Positions 9,960 through 22,613 of a stretch of DNA of 58,958 bases are shown here, piece after piece. The stretch lies in the NCBI GenBank assembly GCA_002269645.1, contig NIVC01001933.1, forward strand, positions 1 through 58,958, written 5' to 3'. This DNA comes from Macrostomum lignano. Taxonomy: Eukaryota. The notes beneath the pieces are model-generated. The model ran no database searches, was not told where the DNA came from, and saw nothing but the letters and a program-made list of their open reading frames with translations. The stretch's first letter is position 1, and the number at the start of each line of letters is the position of its first letter. The translations under genes were made by a program, and so were the position numbers.

Positions 9960-11812
9960 TTTCTTTATATTCATTCAGCATAAAATGCTAAGATTAATAT
10001 TAATAACAATTTAGATAATTTAGTTTAGTTGCTTTCCTTGTAAACTATATATGACAATATAGAATATGACAACCTTGGGCAGAGCCAAAATTATAAACTG
10101 CAAAATCAAAACTGCATAAAACAAAAACTCTTTTATATCTCAAAGAATAACAAATAACCTAATAAAGTTAGGTTAAGCCTAGGCCTAACTATGCCCATCA
10201 ATGAGCATGAAAATGTGTTTCTAGTATTCTATGCAGCTAGCAGCTGCTCATCAGCTCATGTAGGATCAAAGTTTAACTGCCTGCGCACTTGCAAACACAA
10301 GTGTCTATCGATGCATTTCTATTAGGCCTAGGGCCTATAGCTCCAAAAGTGATCAATTGTATATTACTTAATATTGATAACCCTTTCATGCCTTGTCTGA
10401 CTCTGGAACTTGTGTTAAAGGTCACCAATAACTTTGGCAACAGTTCATTCTTGCAACAAGAACATAGGCCTAGTTTAAAAGTCGTCTTTTTTTCAGTCGT
10501 AGGGCCTAGGCCTATTCAATGCTGTTTGATTGAAACCATTGAAGTCGATTGTCGAAGACGAAGAGCATGATCCTTGAAAAATGTAATTAAAGACTTATCA
10601 GGTGTCTAAGCAAGTTCACAATCACGAAAGCTACACGGTGAGCCTGACAACAAGTTAAGCAGTCGACGTAACCACGTTACCACGTAAAGTATAAGTTCAG
10701 AAATAATAAGAGAAACAGTCCGAAATTGTTATTCTATTTTTAAACTGGCGAAAAAATAGAAAGAGAAGTTCTGGTTTAAACATATTTTTAAACATAAATA
10801 AAGCTTAAGAAAAGAAATGTTCATTTATCATTATAGTGTTATATTATTTTTTGGAACATAAGTTCAAGTTTTTATTTTTATGAGTTATGGTACATGTAAC
10901 AAAATTTGAAAACCAAAATTCAAATCTCGACTTTTACTGAGATTAAAAATACAAATTATTATTTTAGTTCAGTGAGTATACTTGTTTAATTTAATAATTA
11001 AAATAATATACATGCATGTCTAATTAATCGATCGAGATTTTCGATAAAAATGTACTTTGCTTCAGTGTTCTTTGCTAATGAATTATTTGACGTTTTTATA
11101 TGAGAAATAGACTTTCAATAAAATGTCACTAAATGTGGCTGGTAAGATTAGAATTTGATTAATATTATGGATTATGCTAGTTAATGCTGTTATGACCATG
11201 GGCAAATGTTCTTAGTTCACCAAGGCTTTTTCTTCAGTATTTTTTTCTTTTTTTCATTAACTAGGCCTAAAAGAAAAACTTTAAAAATATGGCAATCTTC
11301 AAGTTTCGTTCGTTTAATTATTTCCGGAATTATTTCGCCCTCTATTCAAGGGTGGTGGGGGGTGGGTGTTGGAATTAAACAAACGAAACTTGAAGATAAC
11401 CAAAAATATTTATTTGACTTTCATTGGGACAACAATAAACTATAGCCTAGGCCTATTATCTTTTTATAGAAATGACTTTAAAAACTGTGACACTTATGAG
11501 CATACAAAAAATTGCACTTATGTTTTTGGTAAGTTTTAGCATAAATTGTCTTTAAATGCAAAGCCAATATAATAAGCTAATACCAATAGGAAGGCAGCCT
11601 CCCTTAAGATATCCCAGAGCCATAAATATAATAATTGAACTCATTGATTGTAGCCCTATTGCTAGAAGAACTCAAGGCCCATAGTTCAGAAGGCGACATG
11701 TATGCCAAGATTTCCTGGCATACAACAAGGGTCTTACCATTTTTCAATATATATTAGGGTATATCTCTCAGCATATATAACGCAAAAGATACATTGTGTC
11801 AAATGATTTTTT

Positions 11813-12307
11813 GGCATAACTATGGTTTCGTTCATTATATTATTTCTTGTTTTGAATTTGTTCCAGCTTACATAGAAATGGCTGGACGACCATCGGCTCC
11901 TCTTCCTACAAATGCACTGCCAAATCACACATCTGTAAACCACTGGCTCCATTTTGTGGACCCCCAGGACCCAACGGTTCATACGAACACTATTGAGGGA
12001 ACATGTGCGCATTGCAAGGCAAAGTTTCACAACATGTATGGGACGAGTGATGGTCTATTTGAAACTCATCTGCAGGAATTTCTGTGGCGCCGTCTAAATC
12101 CACAAAATGTGTTTGGCAACTTTCTCTACTGGGTGTCACACTATTATCCCGTCTAATTATCTTTCTCGTGACTTCAAACTCGAATTTGAACTTTTTTGGT
12201 GGTGGGTCATCTTTTTTAACTTAAAATAATATAACGAGCCATTTCTACGTGCGCTGGAACAAATTCCACACAAGAAATAATATAACGAACACAACCATAG
12301 TTATGCC
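11813..12307 (+). mobile_element. Internally deleted Merlin (IS1016/ISXO2-like) DNA transposon
   Basis: ~70-bp TIRs GGCATAACTATGG.../...CCATAGTTATGCC. The internal reading frame to 12156 encodes HTSVNHWLHFVDPQDPTVHTNTIEG...LFETHLQEFLWRR, the C-terminal part of a Merlin/ISXO2 DDE transposase. Confidence 0.85.
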
Positions 12308-12928
12308 TTTTTTGTATTGGTAATAATTAATGATACATTTAGCTTTATATTAAATGAGCTTATAAAAACTAGTCCTAGTCCTATTAAATAGTAGATTAAG
12401 CATAATGATTAGGCTTTGATATACTTTTTAATAAATTAATATAACAGAAAAGTCTTTTGTATTTTGCAATTGTTTTAAGGTGCCAATAAAAAAAACTAAA
12501 AATTTGTATATTTTAGTAAATTGCCATTTCTATATTTTGGCCTAAGGCTAAGCCTCTTATTTTATATACTAAAATTTTCAACAAAAAAAATAATAGAGGT
12601 TATATATACATTTTAGTATTTAAATATTTAGTAACTAACAACCCTTTATTCTTTGGCCTAAAGGAAAAATCATAATTATTTGTTTTTGTTACAATCTAAA
12701 AACTTTTATTCAGGCAAAATTCATATTAAAAAATACATAATAGTTTAAAAGTTGATATATTTAATTACTTAATAAAATAAGGATATTGTTATTGAATATT
12801 TTATATTAAATTTTTGTTATTATAGGTTAGGTCAAGTAACCATGATAAAACATAAGTCTAACATTTTCATTTAGTTTCAGGAATTTACAGTTTCATCTAA
12901 GCTAGAATTCAAATAGATTTTGTCTGAC

Positions 12929-15900
12929 ATGGCCAAGCAGAAAGAAGAACTCCTGCAGGACAAGCTGGCACAGCTGCATTCATTATTGAAAAAGGCTGTG
13001 GTAAGTTCAGCATGTGCTTAGAATGTCATCGTTTTTATTCCAATGCCCAATCTGCTAATTTTTAATGGGTCTCATCATTTCTAGAAAGAGAAGAACAGCA
13101 GCGACATCACAATTGACTCAATCAATAAAATCTGCGAAAAAGTCAGGACTGAGTCTCGAGGTGAGGAGATTTTGCCATTTGATTTTATGTTGAGAAGTGT
13201 CAGACTTTTGTGTGAACTGGAGCTGTTCTGTTGAGTGCTCAAGTGTCAGACTCCTGTGTGACCAATCCTGAGCTGTTCTGCTGAGTGCTCAAGTGTCAGA
13301 CTGCTGTGTGACCAGTTCTACTGAGTGCTCAAGTGTCAGACTCCTGTGTGACCAGTTCTGCTGAGTGCTCAAGTGTCAGACTCCTGTGTGACCAGTTCTG
13401 CTGAGTGCTCAAGTGTCAGACTCCTGTGTGACCAGTTCTGCTGAGTGCTCAAGTGTCAGACTCCCGTGCACAACGCAAGCCCCTGCCTAACCGCCCGCCC
13501 TGTTGTTTATCATTGAACAGTCCAGTCGCAGACCAAGAACAAACTGCAGGCTCTCTACATGCAGGCCATGAACGATGCGGAAACTGAGCAGGAGTGAGTA
13601 CTTCACTTGCTAATTGTGCTTTTAATCTGACCCGACAGTCTCTGTCTCCAGTCTTAGCAGTTTAATTTTAGTCACTTTGCCAACGTCTTCTGCTTGGGCT
13701 GAGTAGTCCGCAGTAGTCATTGCTTTCTGTATGCACGAAGCTCAGCCTTGGGCTTGTCGTGGTCTTCTCGCACATGGATTCCAGCCTCTTAAAGCGCCTA
13801 GAGTGTTTACACTGTCTGATGATGGGAAATTCGGGTCCGCTGTCCCGCAAATGGATTCCAGCCTCTTAAAGCGCCTAGAGTGTGCCTCAGACGTGACTCT
13901 ACGGCCCCAGAGTCGTTTCAGAGTCGCAGACAATAAAAAGCCTCAGATTGACTCTCAAGTGATTCTTTGACGACGTTTTGGCGACTTGTACCGTGACGTG
14001 AAATCTCGTTTTAGAGTCGTATTGAGTCACTTCTTTCCTGCTTTACCTGTGTTGCCTGCAATGACTTTAAGACAACTCTGGGACAACGCAATTAACTTTT
14101 TTTTATTAGAGGCGCACTTTAAGCGACATAGGCACACAACCGGCGAGAGGCATTACTGCCCATTCCGCCGACTCTCCTGAGCAGGCATAAAAGCGCGCGG
14201 ATACGTACGCAGGCACACACTCGCACAGGAGTGTACAGCGGCCCTAACTTTATATTATCGTTAGGCATGTACACTTCACTGCGCCTTTGGGGGTTGGCTC
14301 TCAAGGCCGTTAATTGCACGAGCAGAGCCAAGCCGAGATTCCAATTCAGCCCCAAATTAATGTGACTGCACTTGGAATCGAGCCTGGGTCGCTGGCACAC
14401 CAGAGCAGCTGCGCTACCGCTCGGCTACGGCCCCCCTACGCAAGTAACTTTGTGAGACTCTTCTTTGTCTTGGGTACCGTTTTCATCGGGTGTACACCTT
14501 GTGTGAGCGTGTGCGTGTTCTGAGATCAGTGGCTCCGATTCTCTCTCACGTTATTATTATCGAACTGGCTTATAAACTGCACTAATTGTTAGTTAAAAAT
14601 ATCTCAACCCCTCAGATGCCTAAAAAAGGCTCTCGACTTGATCGTTGAAATTCGCGAGCTCAAGGAGTCGCTCAGCAAGTACAGCGCACCGACGGTGGTC
14701 CGCCGCGGCGTCCTGATGTCGCTGCTGCAGGAGGCGGCCCGCACCCTGCCGCTGTGGGTTGGCGAACCCGGCCACGAGGCGCCCCCGCTGTGCGGCTCCC
14801 GGGCCCCCGACCCGTCCTACATCTGCCAGCCCAGGGACAAGATCGCCGCCCTGGTGAGGGAGGACGGCGAGGACAACTGGATCCTGGCTGAGGTCATCAA
14901 GTACCAGTGGACCAACGGCCGCTACCACGTGGCCGATGTGGATGCCGAGGAGGGCAAGGAGTGAGTTCGCTGTGTGCTGCTCTTGTCTTTGGTTTAGACA
15001 TGCTTTTGGCTAGTTGTGTCTGTTGGCAGGCACTTGTCGCAGGTGAACTGCGTGTTACTGTGTATGCAACTGCACGTGTTTCCATGCTTTATCTGGCACC
15101 CCAGTCCCGTTTCCATGCTTTATCTGGCACCCCAGTCCCGTTTCCATGGTTTATCTGGCACCCCTGTCCCGTTTCCATGCTTTATCTGGCACCCCTGTCC
15201 CGTTTCCATGCTTTATCTGGCACCCCTGTCCCGTTTCCATGCTTTATCTGGCACCCCTGTCCCGTTTCCATGCTTTATCTGGCACCCATGTCCCGTTTCC
15301 ATGCTTTATCTGGCACCCCTGTCCCGTTTCCATGCTTTATCTGGCACCCCTGTCCCGTTTCCATGCTTTATCTAGCGCCCCTGTCCCGTTTCCATGCTTT
15401 ATCTGGCACCCCTGTCCCGTTTCCATGCTTTATCTGGCACCCCTGTCCCGTTTCCATGGTTTATCTGGCACCCCTGTCCCGTTTCTATGATTTATCTGGC
15501 ACCCCTGTCCCGTTTCCATGCTTTATCTGGCACCCCTGTCCCGTTTCCATGCTTTATCTGGCACCCCTGTCCCGTTTCCATGCTTTATCTGGCACCCCTG
15601 TCCCGTTTCTATGATTTATCTGGCACCCCTGTCCCGTTTCCATGGTTTATCTGGCACCCCTGTCCCGTTTCCATGCTTTATCTGGCACCCCAGTCCCGTT
15701 TCCATGCTTTATCTGGCACCCCTGTCCCGTTTCCATGGTTTATCTGGCACCCCTGTCCCGTTTCCATGGTTTATCTGGCACCCCTGTCCCGTTTCCATGC
15801 TTTATCTGGCGCCCATCACTTGCTAGTCAAACATGTTGATCAATCAGCTACTTATAGTAGATTCACGTGCAAGTTTTTTAATGCAGTATAATAATTTTCG

Positions 15901-18480
15901 GATTCATGCAGTTAACGGCTGATGATATTTAATTAAGCAAACAATGCTGCAAAGCTCATTAATTTCACTCCTATCCGCTCCATCCTTCACTCGTCCCTCA
16001 ACCGGAAAGCAGACCGGAGTAAGTGCATTCGCCGTTGCATTTAACCAATCTTGAAAATATTTTTGTCATAATCCGGTGCCGCATATGCTACTGCTCACTC
16101 CTCTATCTTAGTAGTATAGTTAAACTAACTAGCCTAAAATGTTTGTGTCACTTAGCTAGTTAGTTTTCCTTGTGCATAAATATTTGATCTGACGCGCTTG
16201 TTTGTTTAAACGGATTGCATGCTTGCAGTTTTGGCGCCAATTTGAACCAAACAGTTCAGTTCTATCTAAGCTACCTTGATGTTAACTCTTGAAAATTAGA
16301 ACTAAAATTGTTATTAATCTAAACTTAGATTAAATTTAGAATTCTGAATGAATATCTATAGTAACCGACAGGTCCAACTGCTTCTGTTACTCTCACAGTT
16401 GGCGTGCTGCTCAACTTATTTGCTTTTTTATATTAATGCTATCGATTCTGGTGCATAAGCATTGCCTGTCTGTTATTGCGCTTGAGCTTACCCACACCAA
16501 GGACTTTTAGAGGCCTGGACTGGACGCAGACCCACACCTTCACTAAATGCTTACGCCCACACCTTTTCTAAATGTTTACCCCTGCACCAAGGACCTCTAG
16601 AAACCTGGACTGGAAGCAAAATCCACACCTTCGCTAAATGTTTACCCCTGCACCAAGGACCTCTAGAAACCTGGACTGGAAGCAAAATCCACACCTTCGC
16701 TAAATGTTTACCCCTGCACCAAGGACCTCTAGAAACCTGGACTGGAAGCAAAATCCACACCTTCGCTAAATGTTTACCCCTGCACCAAGGACCTCTAGAA
16801 ACCTGGACTGGAAACAGAATCCACACTTTCGCTAAATGTTTACCCCTGCACCAAGGACCTCTAGAAACCTGGACTGGAAACAGAATCCACACTTTCGCTA
16901 AATGTTTACCCCTGCACCAAGGACCTCTAGAAACCTGGACTGGAAACAGAATCCACACCTTCGCTAAATGTTTACCCCTGCACCAAGGACTCTAGAAACC
17001 TGGACTGGAAGCAGACCCACACCTTCGCTAAATGTTTACCCCTGCACCAAGGACCTCTAGAAACCTGGACTGGAAGCAGACCCATATCTATGTTAAATGT
17101 CTATCTCTGCGCCAGGGATCTCTAGAAACCTGTACAGGAAACAGACCCAAACCTTCGCTAAATACTTACCTGCTGAGAGACTGTCCCTGGTTCAGACATC
17201 CAGAGGTCCCTGGTCCGCATGGGAAGATTTTGATTCAGTTTTTCTGTCATCACGGTTTGCGCCACTGCCGCTGCCTCCAGCATCCCGCTGTTTACTTTGC
17301 CTTCCTGCCAATCTGTCTGACCCACCGATCGCATCTCAAGCCCCGATACGCATTGAATTAACTCAGCTGATGCCTCTGGATTTTGACTTGTAGGCGGCAC
17401 TCGCTGCCCAAGACCAGCGTGATTCCCCTGCCGCTGTGGAAGGCCAACCCGGAGACCAACCCGGAGGCGATCTTTAAAAAGGGCGAGGTGAGGTTCCGGA
17501 TTTGAATTTTTGGAATTGATTTTGCGCTATACTTGTGTTTAACTCGTCCTTGAGAATCATCCCAATCCGCCTCCGAGAATCACCCAAATCCGCCCCTGAG
17601 AATCACCAGATGCGCCCCTGAGAATCACCAGATCCGCCCCTGAGAATCACCAGATGCGCCCCTGAGAATCATCCCAATCCGCCCCTGAGAATCACCAGAT
17701 GCGCCCCTGAGAATCACCAGATCCGCCCCTGAGAATCACCAGATGCGCCCCTGAGAATCATCCCAATCCGCCCCTGAGAATCACCAGATGCGCCCCTGAG
17801 AATCACCAGATCCGCCCCTGAGAATCACCAGATGCGCCCCTGAGAATCATTCCAATCCGCCCCTGAGAATCATCCCAATCCGCCCCTGAGAATCACCAGA
17901 TCCGCCCCTGAGAATCACCAGATCCGCCTCTGAAAATCACCAGATCCGCCCCTGAGAATCATCCCAATCCGCCCCTGAGAATCACCCCAATCCGCCCGTT
18001 AAGAATCGCCAAATCCGCCCCTGAGAATCAACAAATCCGTCCCTGAGAATCATCAAATCCTCCCCTGAGAATCGCCAAATCCGCCCCTGAGAATCATCCC
18101 AATCCGCCCCTGAGAATCGCCAAATCCGCCCCTGAGAATCATCCCAATCCGCCCCTGAGAATCATCTCAATCCGCCCCTGAGAATCGCCAAATCCGCCCC
18201 TGAGAATCGCCAAATCCGCCCCTGAGAATCATCCCAATCCGCCCTGAGAATCGCCAAATCCGCCCCTGAGAATCGCCCACTCCCGCCGCGCCAGATGGTG
18301 CTAGCCCTGTACCCGCAGACCACCTGCTTCTACCGCGCCCTGGTGGACGAGCCGCCGACCTCGGTGCACGAAGACTACCAGCTGTTCTTCGAGGACCCGT
18401 CTTACCCTGAAGGCATCGCGCCCTCGCTGGCTGTGCCGCAGCGCTACGTGATTCCCCTGCGCGATGAGCAGAACGCCTGA
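12929..18480 (+). CDS. SGF29: SAGA-associated factor 29; exons 12929-13000, 13085-13160, 13521-13593, 14616-14960, 17394-17487, 18295-18480
   Basis: Continuous spliced frame: MAKQKEELLQDKLAQLHSLLKKAV...RRGVLMSLLQEAARTLPLWVG...PPLCG...WILAEV...EEGKERH...WKANPETNPEAIF...VLALYPQTTCFYRAL...FED.SY (tandem Tudor domain). All junctions are GT-AG and in phase. Confidence 0.95.
13195..13465. repeat. ~40-bp tandem repeat x~6 in SGF29 intron 2
   Basis: CTGAGTGCTCAAGTGTCAGACTCCTGTGTGACCAGTTCTG units. Confidence 0.9.
14096..14436 (-). mobile_element. tRNA-derived SINE (family copy 1)
   Basis: Minus-strand head GGGGGCCGTAGCCGAGCGG (A box)...GGCTCGATTCC (B box); body shares blocks with the copy at 50884; A-rich tail. 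Confidence 0.7.
15085..15815. repeat. 31-bp tandem repeat x~23 in SGF29 intron 4
   Basis: CCCTGTCCCGTTTCCATGCTTTATCTGGCAC units. Confidence 0.95.
16500..17170. repeat. 66-bp tandem repeat x~10 in SGF29 intron 4
   Basis: CCACACCTTCGCTAAATGTTTACCCCTGCACCAAGGACCTCTAGAAACCTGGACTGGA... units; 22-aa periodicity in the spurious ORF. Confidence 0.95.
17550..18280. repeat. 22-23-bp tandem repeat filling most of SGF29 intron 5
   Basis: GAGAATCACCAGATCCGCCCCT and GAGAATCATCCCAATCCGCCCCT variants; the array ends ~14 nt before the acceptor. Confidence 0.95.
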
Positions 18481-18711
18481 CCTTTGCTGTCCGATCGGAC
18501 TGCTATGAGCATTTTGTGTGGCATTGAGGACCGCTTGCTTCACACATTTTGTTGCGTTTTGTATTTAAATAATACATCAACTATTTTCTAGCACTTAACT
18601 ACAGTCAGTGTATGATACTCATAATGCAATAATTCAACTCCAATTTGAGATCTGGTTGCCGAGTACTTTTGTTTAATTTATCTTTCTGAACTGCAATTTT
18701 GGACCTCTCAC

Positions 18712-20795
18712 TTTTGACTGCCTCTCACTCTTGACTACCTCTCACTTTTGACTGCCTCTCACTCTTGACTACCTCTCACTCTTGACTACCTCTCACTCTT
18801 GACTACCTCTCACTCTTGACTACCTCTCACTCTTGACTACCTCTCACTCTTGACTACCTCTCTCACTCTTGACTACCTCTCACTCTTGACTACCTCTCTC
18901 ACTCTTGACTACCTCTCACTCTTGACTACCTCTCACTCTTGACTACCTCTCACTCTTGACTACCTCTCACTCTTGACTACCTCTCTCACTCTTGACTACC
19001 TCTCACTCTTGACTACCTCTCTCACTCTTGACTACCTCTCACTCTTGACTACCTCTCACTCTTGACTACCTCTCACTCTTGACTACCTCTCACTCTTGAC
19101 TACCTCTCACTCTTGACTACCTCTCTCACTCTTGACTACCTCTCACTCTTGACTACCTCTCTCACTCTTGACTACCTCTCACTCTTGACTACCTCTCACT
19201 CTTGACTACCTCTCTCACTCTTGACTACCTCTTACTCTTGACTACCTCTCTCACTCTTGACTACCTCTCACTCTTGACTACCTCTCACACTCTTGACTAC
19301 CTCTCACTCTTGACTACCTCTCACTCTTGACTACCTCTCTCACTCTTGACTACCTCTCACTCTTGACTACCTCTCACTCTTGACTACCTCTCACTCTTGA
19401 CTACCTCTCACTCTTGACTACCTCTCTCACTCTTGACTACCTCTCACACTCTTGACTACCTCTCACACTCTTGACTACCTCTCACACTCTTGACTGACTC
19501 TCTCACTCTTGACTACCTCTCACTCTTGACTACCTCTCACTCTTGACTACCTCTCACTCTTGACTACCTCTCACTCTTGACTACCTCTCTCACTCTTGAC
19601 TACCTCTTACTCTTGACTACCTCTCTCACTCTTGACTACCTCTTGACTTCCTCTCACACTCTTGACTTCCTCTCACTCTTGACTACCTCTCACTCTTGAC
19701 TACCTCTCACTCTTGACTTCCTCTCTCACTCTTGACTACCTCTCACTCTTGACTTCCTCTCTCACTCTTGACTGACTCTCACTCTTGACTACCTCTCACT
19801 CTTGACTTCCTCTCACACTCTTGACTACCTCTCACACTCTTGACTACCTCTCTCACTCTTGACTACCTCTTGACTTCCTCTCACTCTTGACTACCTCTCA
19901 CTCTTGACTTCCTCTCTCACTCTTGACTACCTCTCACACTCTTGACTACCTCTCTCACTCTTGACTACCTCTCTCACTCTTGACTACCTCTCTCACTCTT
20001 GACTACCTCTCTCACTCTTGACTACCTCTCTCACTCTTGACTACCTCTCTCACTCTTGACTACCTCTCTCACTCTTGACTACCTCTCTCACTCTTGACTA
20101 CCTCTCTCACTCTTGACTACCTCTCTCACTCTTGACTACCTCTCACACTCTTGACTACCTCTCACTCTTGACTTCCTCTCACTCTTGACTACCTCTCACT
20201 CTTGACTACCTCTCACTCTTGACTACCTCTCACTCTTGACTACCTCTCACTCTTGACTACCTCTCACTCTTGACTACCTCTCACTCTTGACTACCTCTCT
20301 CACTCTTGACTACCTCTCACACTCTTGACTACCTCTCACTCTTGACTTCCTCTCACTCTTGACTACCTCTCACTCTTGACTACCTCTCACTCTTGACTAC
20401 CTCTCACTCTTGACTACCTCTCACTCTTGACTACCTCTCACTCTTGACTACCTCTCACTCTTGACTACCTCTCTCACTCTTGACTACCTCTCACACTCTT
20501 GACTACCTCTCACACTCTTGACTGACTCTCTCACTCTTGACTACCTCTCACTCTTGACTACCTCTCACTCTTGACTAGCTCTCACTCTTGACTACCTCTC
20601 ACTCTTGACTACCTCTCACTCTTGACTACCTCTCTCACTCTTGACTACCTCTCACTCTTGACTACCTCTCACACTCTTGACTACCTCTCACACTCTTGAC
20701 TGACTCTCTCACTCTTGACTAGCTCTCACTCTTGACTACCTCTCACTCTTGACTAGCTCTCACTCTTGACTACCTCTCACTCTTGACTACCTCTT
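18712..20795. repeat. ~2.1-kb 17/19-bp tandem array
   Basis: (CT)n-CACTCTTGACTAC units downstream of SGF29. Confidence 0.95.
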
Positions 20796-21344
20796 AATCT
20801 TGGCTAACTTATCCTTGTCGACCCTCTTAGTCTCCATCCTAGCAAATTCACCTCGGAGCTACCTATCTCTCAGTCATCCTCCCAGCTTCCTCACGCCCCC
20901 AACCTGCATCTGCATTCATCCGCCGTCTCAGTCTGTCAAAAACGTTCGAGCAATGGCTGTACTCAGCCAAAAGTATCCGATATTAGTTGTGAGAATTCGA
21001 AATTCATATTAAAGAAAAAACGGCTAAGTTAGACGAGAATAATCTTGAGCGTAGAGAAACAGCCATCAATGCAAATTGCTTTGGCATGGCTACTGCAGAA
21101 CAGAAATACTCGTCTAGGTTCTGCAAACAGATTAGAATGCGACTGCTGTTGCCGCTAATGAAGTTGTGTGGGCTGTAGCGATGCCGTGAGTGTGTACACT
21201 AGACATGGTCTGCACTGCTGTGCAGGTAAGTTATTACTATAGTAGTCTAGGTTATCCAGATTTAATAGCCGTTTAGAGAAACGTACATGTATTCATCTCT
21301 ATCTTAGTGCAAAGTCCGCCATAAAGCAATAATGTTTACGTGTA

Positions 21345-21520
21345 GGGGGTAGTGCAGCTCATGGCTGACTCTCACGCCATGGTCCCTGGTTCGATTCCGT
21401 GCGATTGGAAAGTCTGGGCCGCTGTCCACTGAGCGCGTGTCTGAGTACAGTATTGGCGCGCTTGTGTGTGCTCATGCAGGAATCGTGGGTCGATTTTGCC
21501 AGGGTGCCTATAATCATTAG
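21345..21520 (+). mobile_element. tRNA-derived SINE (degenerate copy)
   Basis: GGGGGTAGTGCAGCTC...GGTTCGATTCC; shares GGGCCGCTGT.CACT with the 14.1-14.4 kb copy. Confidence 0.5.
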
Positions 21521-22509
21521 AGTTAGGGTTACACTATATGCACTCTACATTATATATTAAAATACATACATGTGGTTACAATTTTTATTACAATCAGAAA
21601 GCAAGACTGGTGAGGAGAGTGGAGAGCTGTGGCTATGAGTTGGATTGAAGCCGCCACTTGCTGATCGCTGCTGGTTTCGCGGCGGGAATTTTACCGTCTA
21701 TAAATTGGAATTTTCGCGATTGATTTTAGAACAATCGCCCCTAAACTGGACTCGACTCAGTGCTGGTTGAGTAATCTGATCTCCAAGACAAGCTTATTCA
21801 TTTCCTACTTCCTACTTGGAATCGAGCACCAAGTTCAATTTTTAAGTCTCAAAGTCACCTCAAAGGCTATTGATTTGCTCCTTAAAGAAGCTGGTCGCAT
21901 TTCTGGCAAGACTTCCTGGGCAGCAATCAGCCATGACCCATCGTCAAGCCTTTGACATCTGACTCTGCCCAGTGCCCAGGTCTGGAAAATCTCTCGTCAA
22001 TAAAAAATGATTCTGAATAAACCAGCTTTGAAATGAAGAAAGTCAATAAAGATATGAGGCCAATTTTTGCTGACGACACCGGAGCTTGAGCACGTTTTTG
22101 TGCCCCGTGGTGACAACTTATATGAGCACAGTTATAACCCAAAGTTTGATTGCTGACCCCTGGCTGCGCTGTTGCCCAGCCAGACGCCTCAATGAACGAA
22201 GAAGTGACTTGGCGCACCGCGGATTGACTGTCGCGGCTTAGAAGCATCGGAAGGGGGCTGCAGCCGACTGGAGCCGAAGCCGAATTTTCCTAACTGCCAA
22301 CTCGCTTCATTTGATTGGCCAAGCCAAGTTCGAGCCAATGACGGCAGCCCCAGCCGAGCAGAATCGCAGGGTTTGAAGGCCCTTGGCGTACGGCTTTGCC
22401 TCCGCTATTCGTTCCGTTCACCATGAATTGCCGCCCCCTTTAGCCATATAACTGAGACAGGATGGGCCCGATTGTTGACAGCTTGACTTGGAGGCCAACT
22501 TGATTGACA

Positions 22510-22609
22510 ATACAGACACGGACAGACAGACACGGACGAACAGACACAGACAGGCAGACACAGACAAACAGATACAGACAGGCAGACACGGACAGACAGA
22601 CACAGACAG
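22510..22609. repeat. ACAG-type microsatellite just upstream of the first identified channel exon
   Basis: Direct reading. Confidence 0.85.
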
Positions 22610-22613
22610 GCCC

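Noticed and set aside
13812-13860. Hammerhead ribozyme (CTGATGA-T-GGGA...TCCC-GCAAA)
   Set aside because: The core needs GAAA directly after stem II, and stems I/III are not evident. The CTGATGAG at ~25404 also lacks stem II and GAAA.
14369-14436. tRNA genes here and at 21345, 44440 and 50884
   Set aside because: A/B boxes are present but the acceptor stem does not pair and a shared non-tRNA body follows, so they are called SINEs.
21085-21225. Signal-peptide exon of the channel gene
   Set aside because: The hydrophobic-looking frame (MRLLLPLMKLCGL) ends in a stop, and the donor-adjacent frame gives only MVCTAVQ in a phase that does not fit the nearest acceptors.
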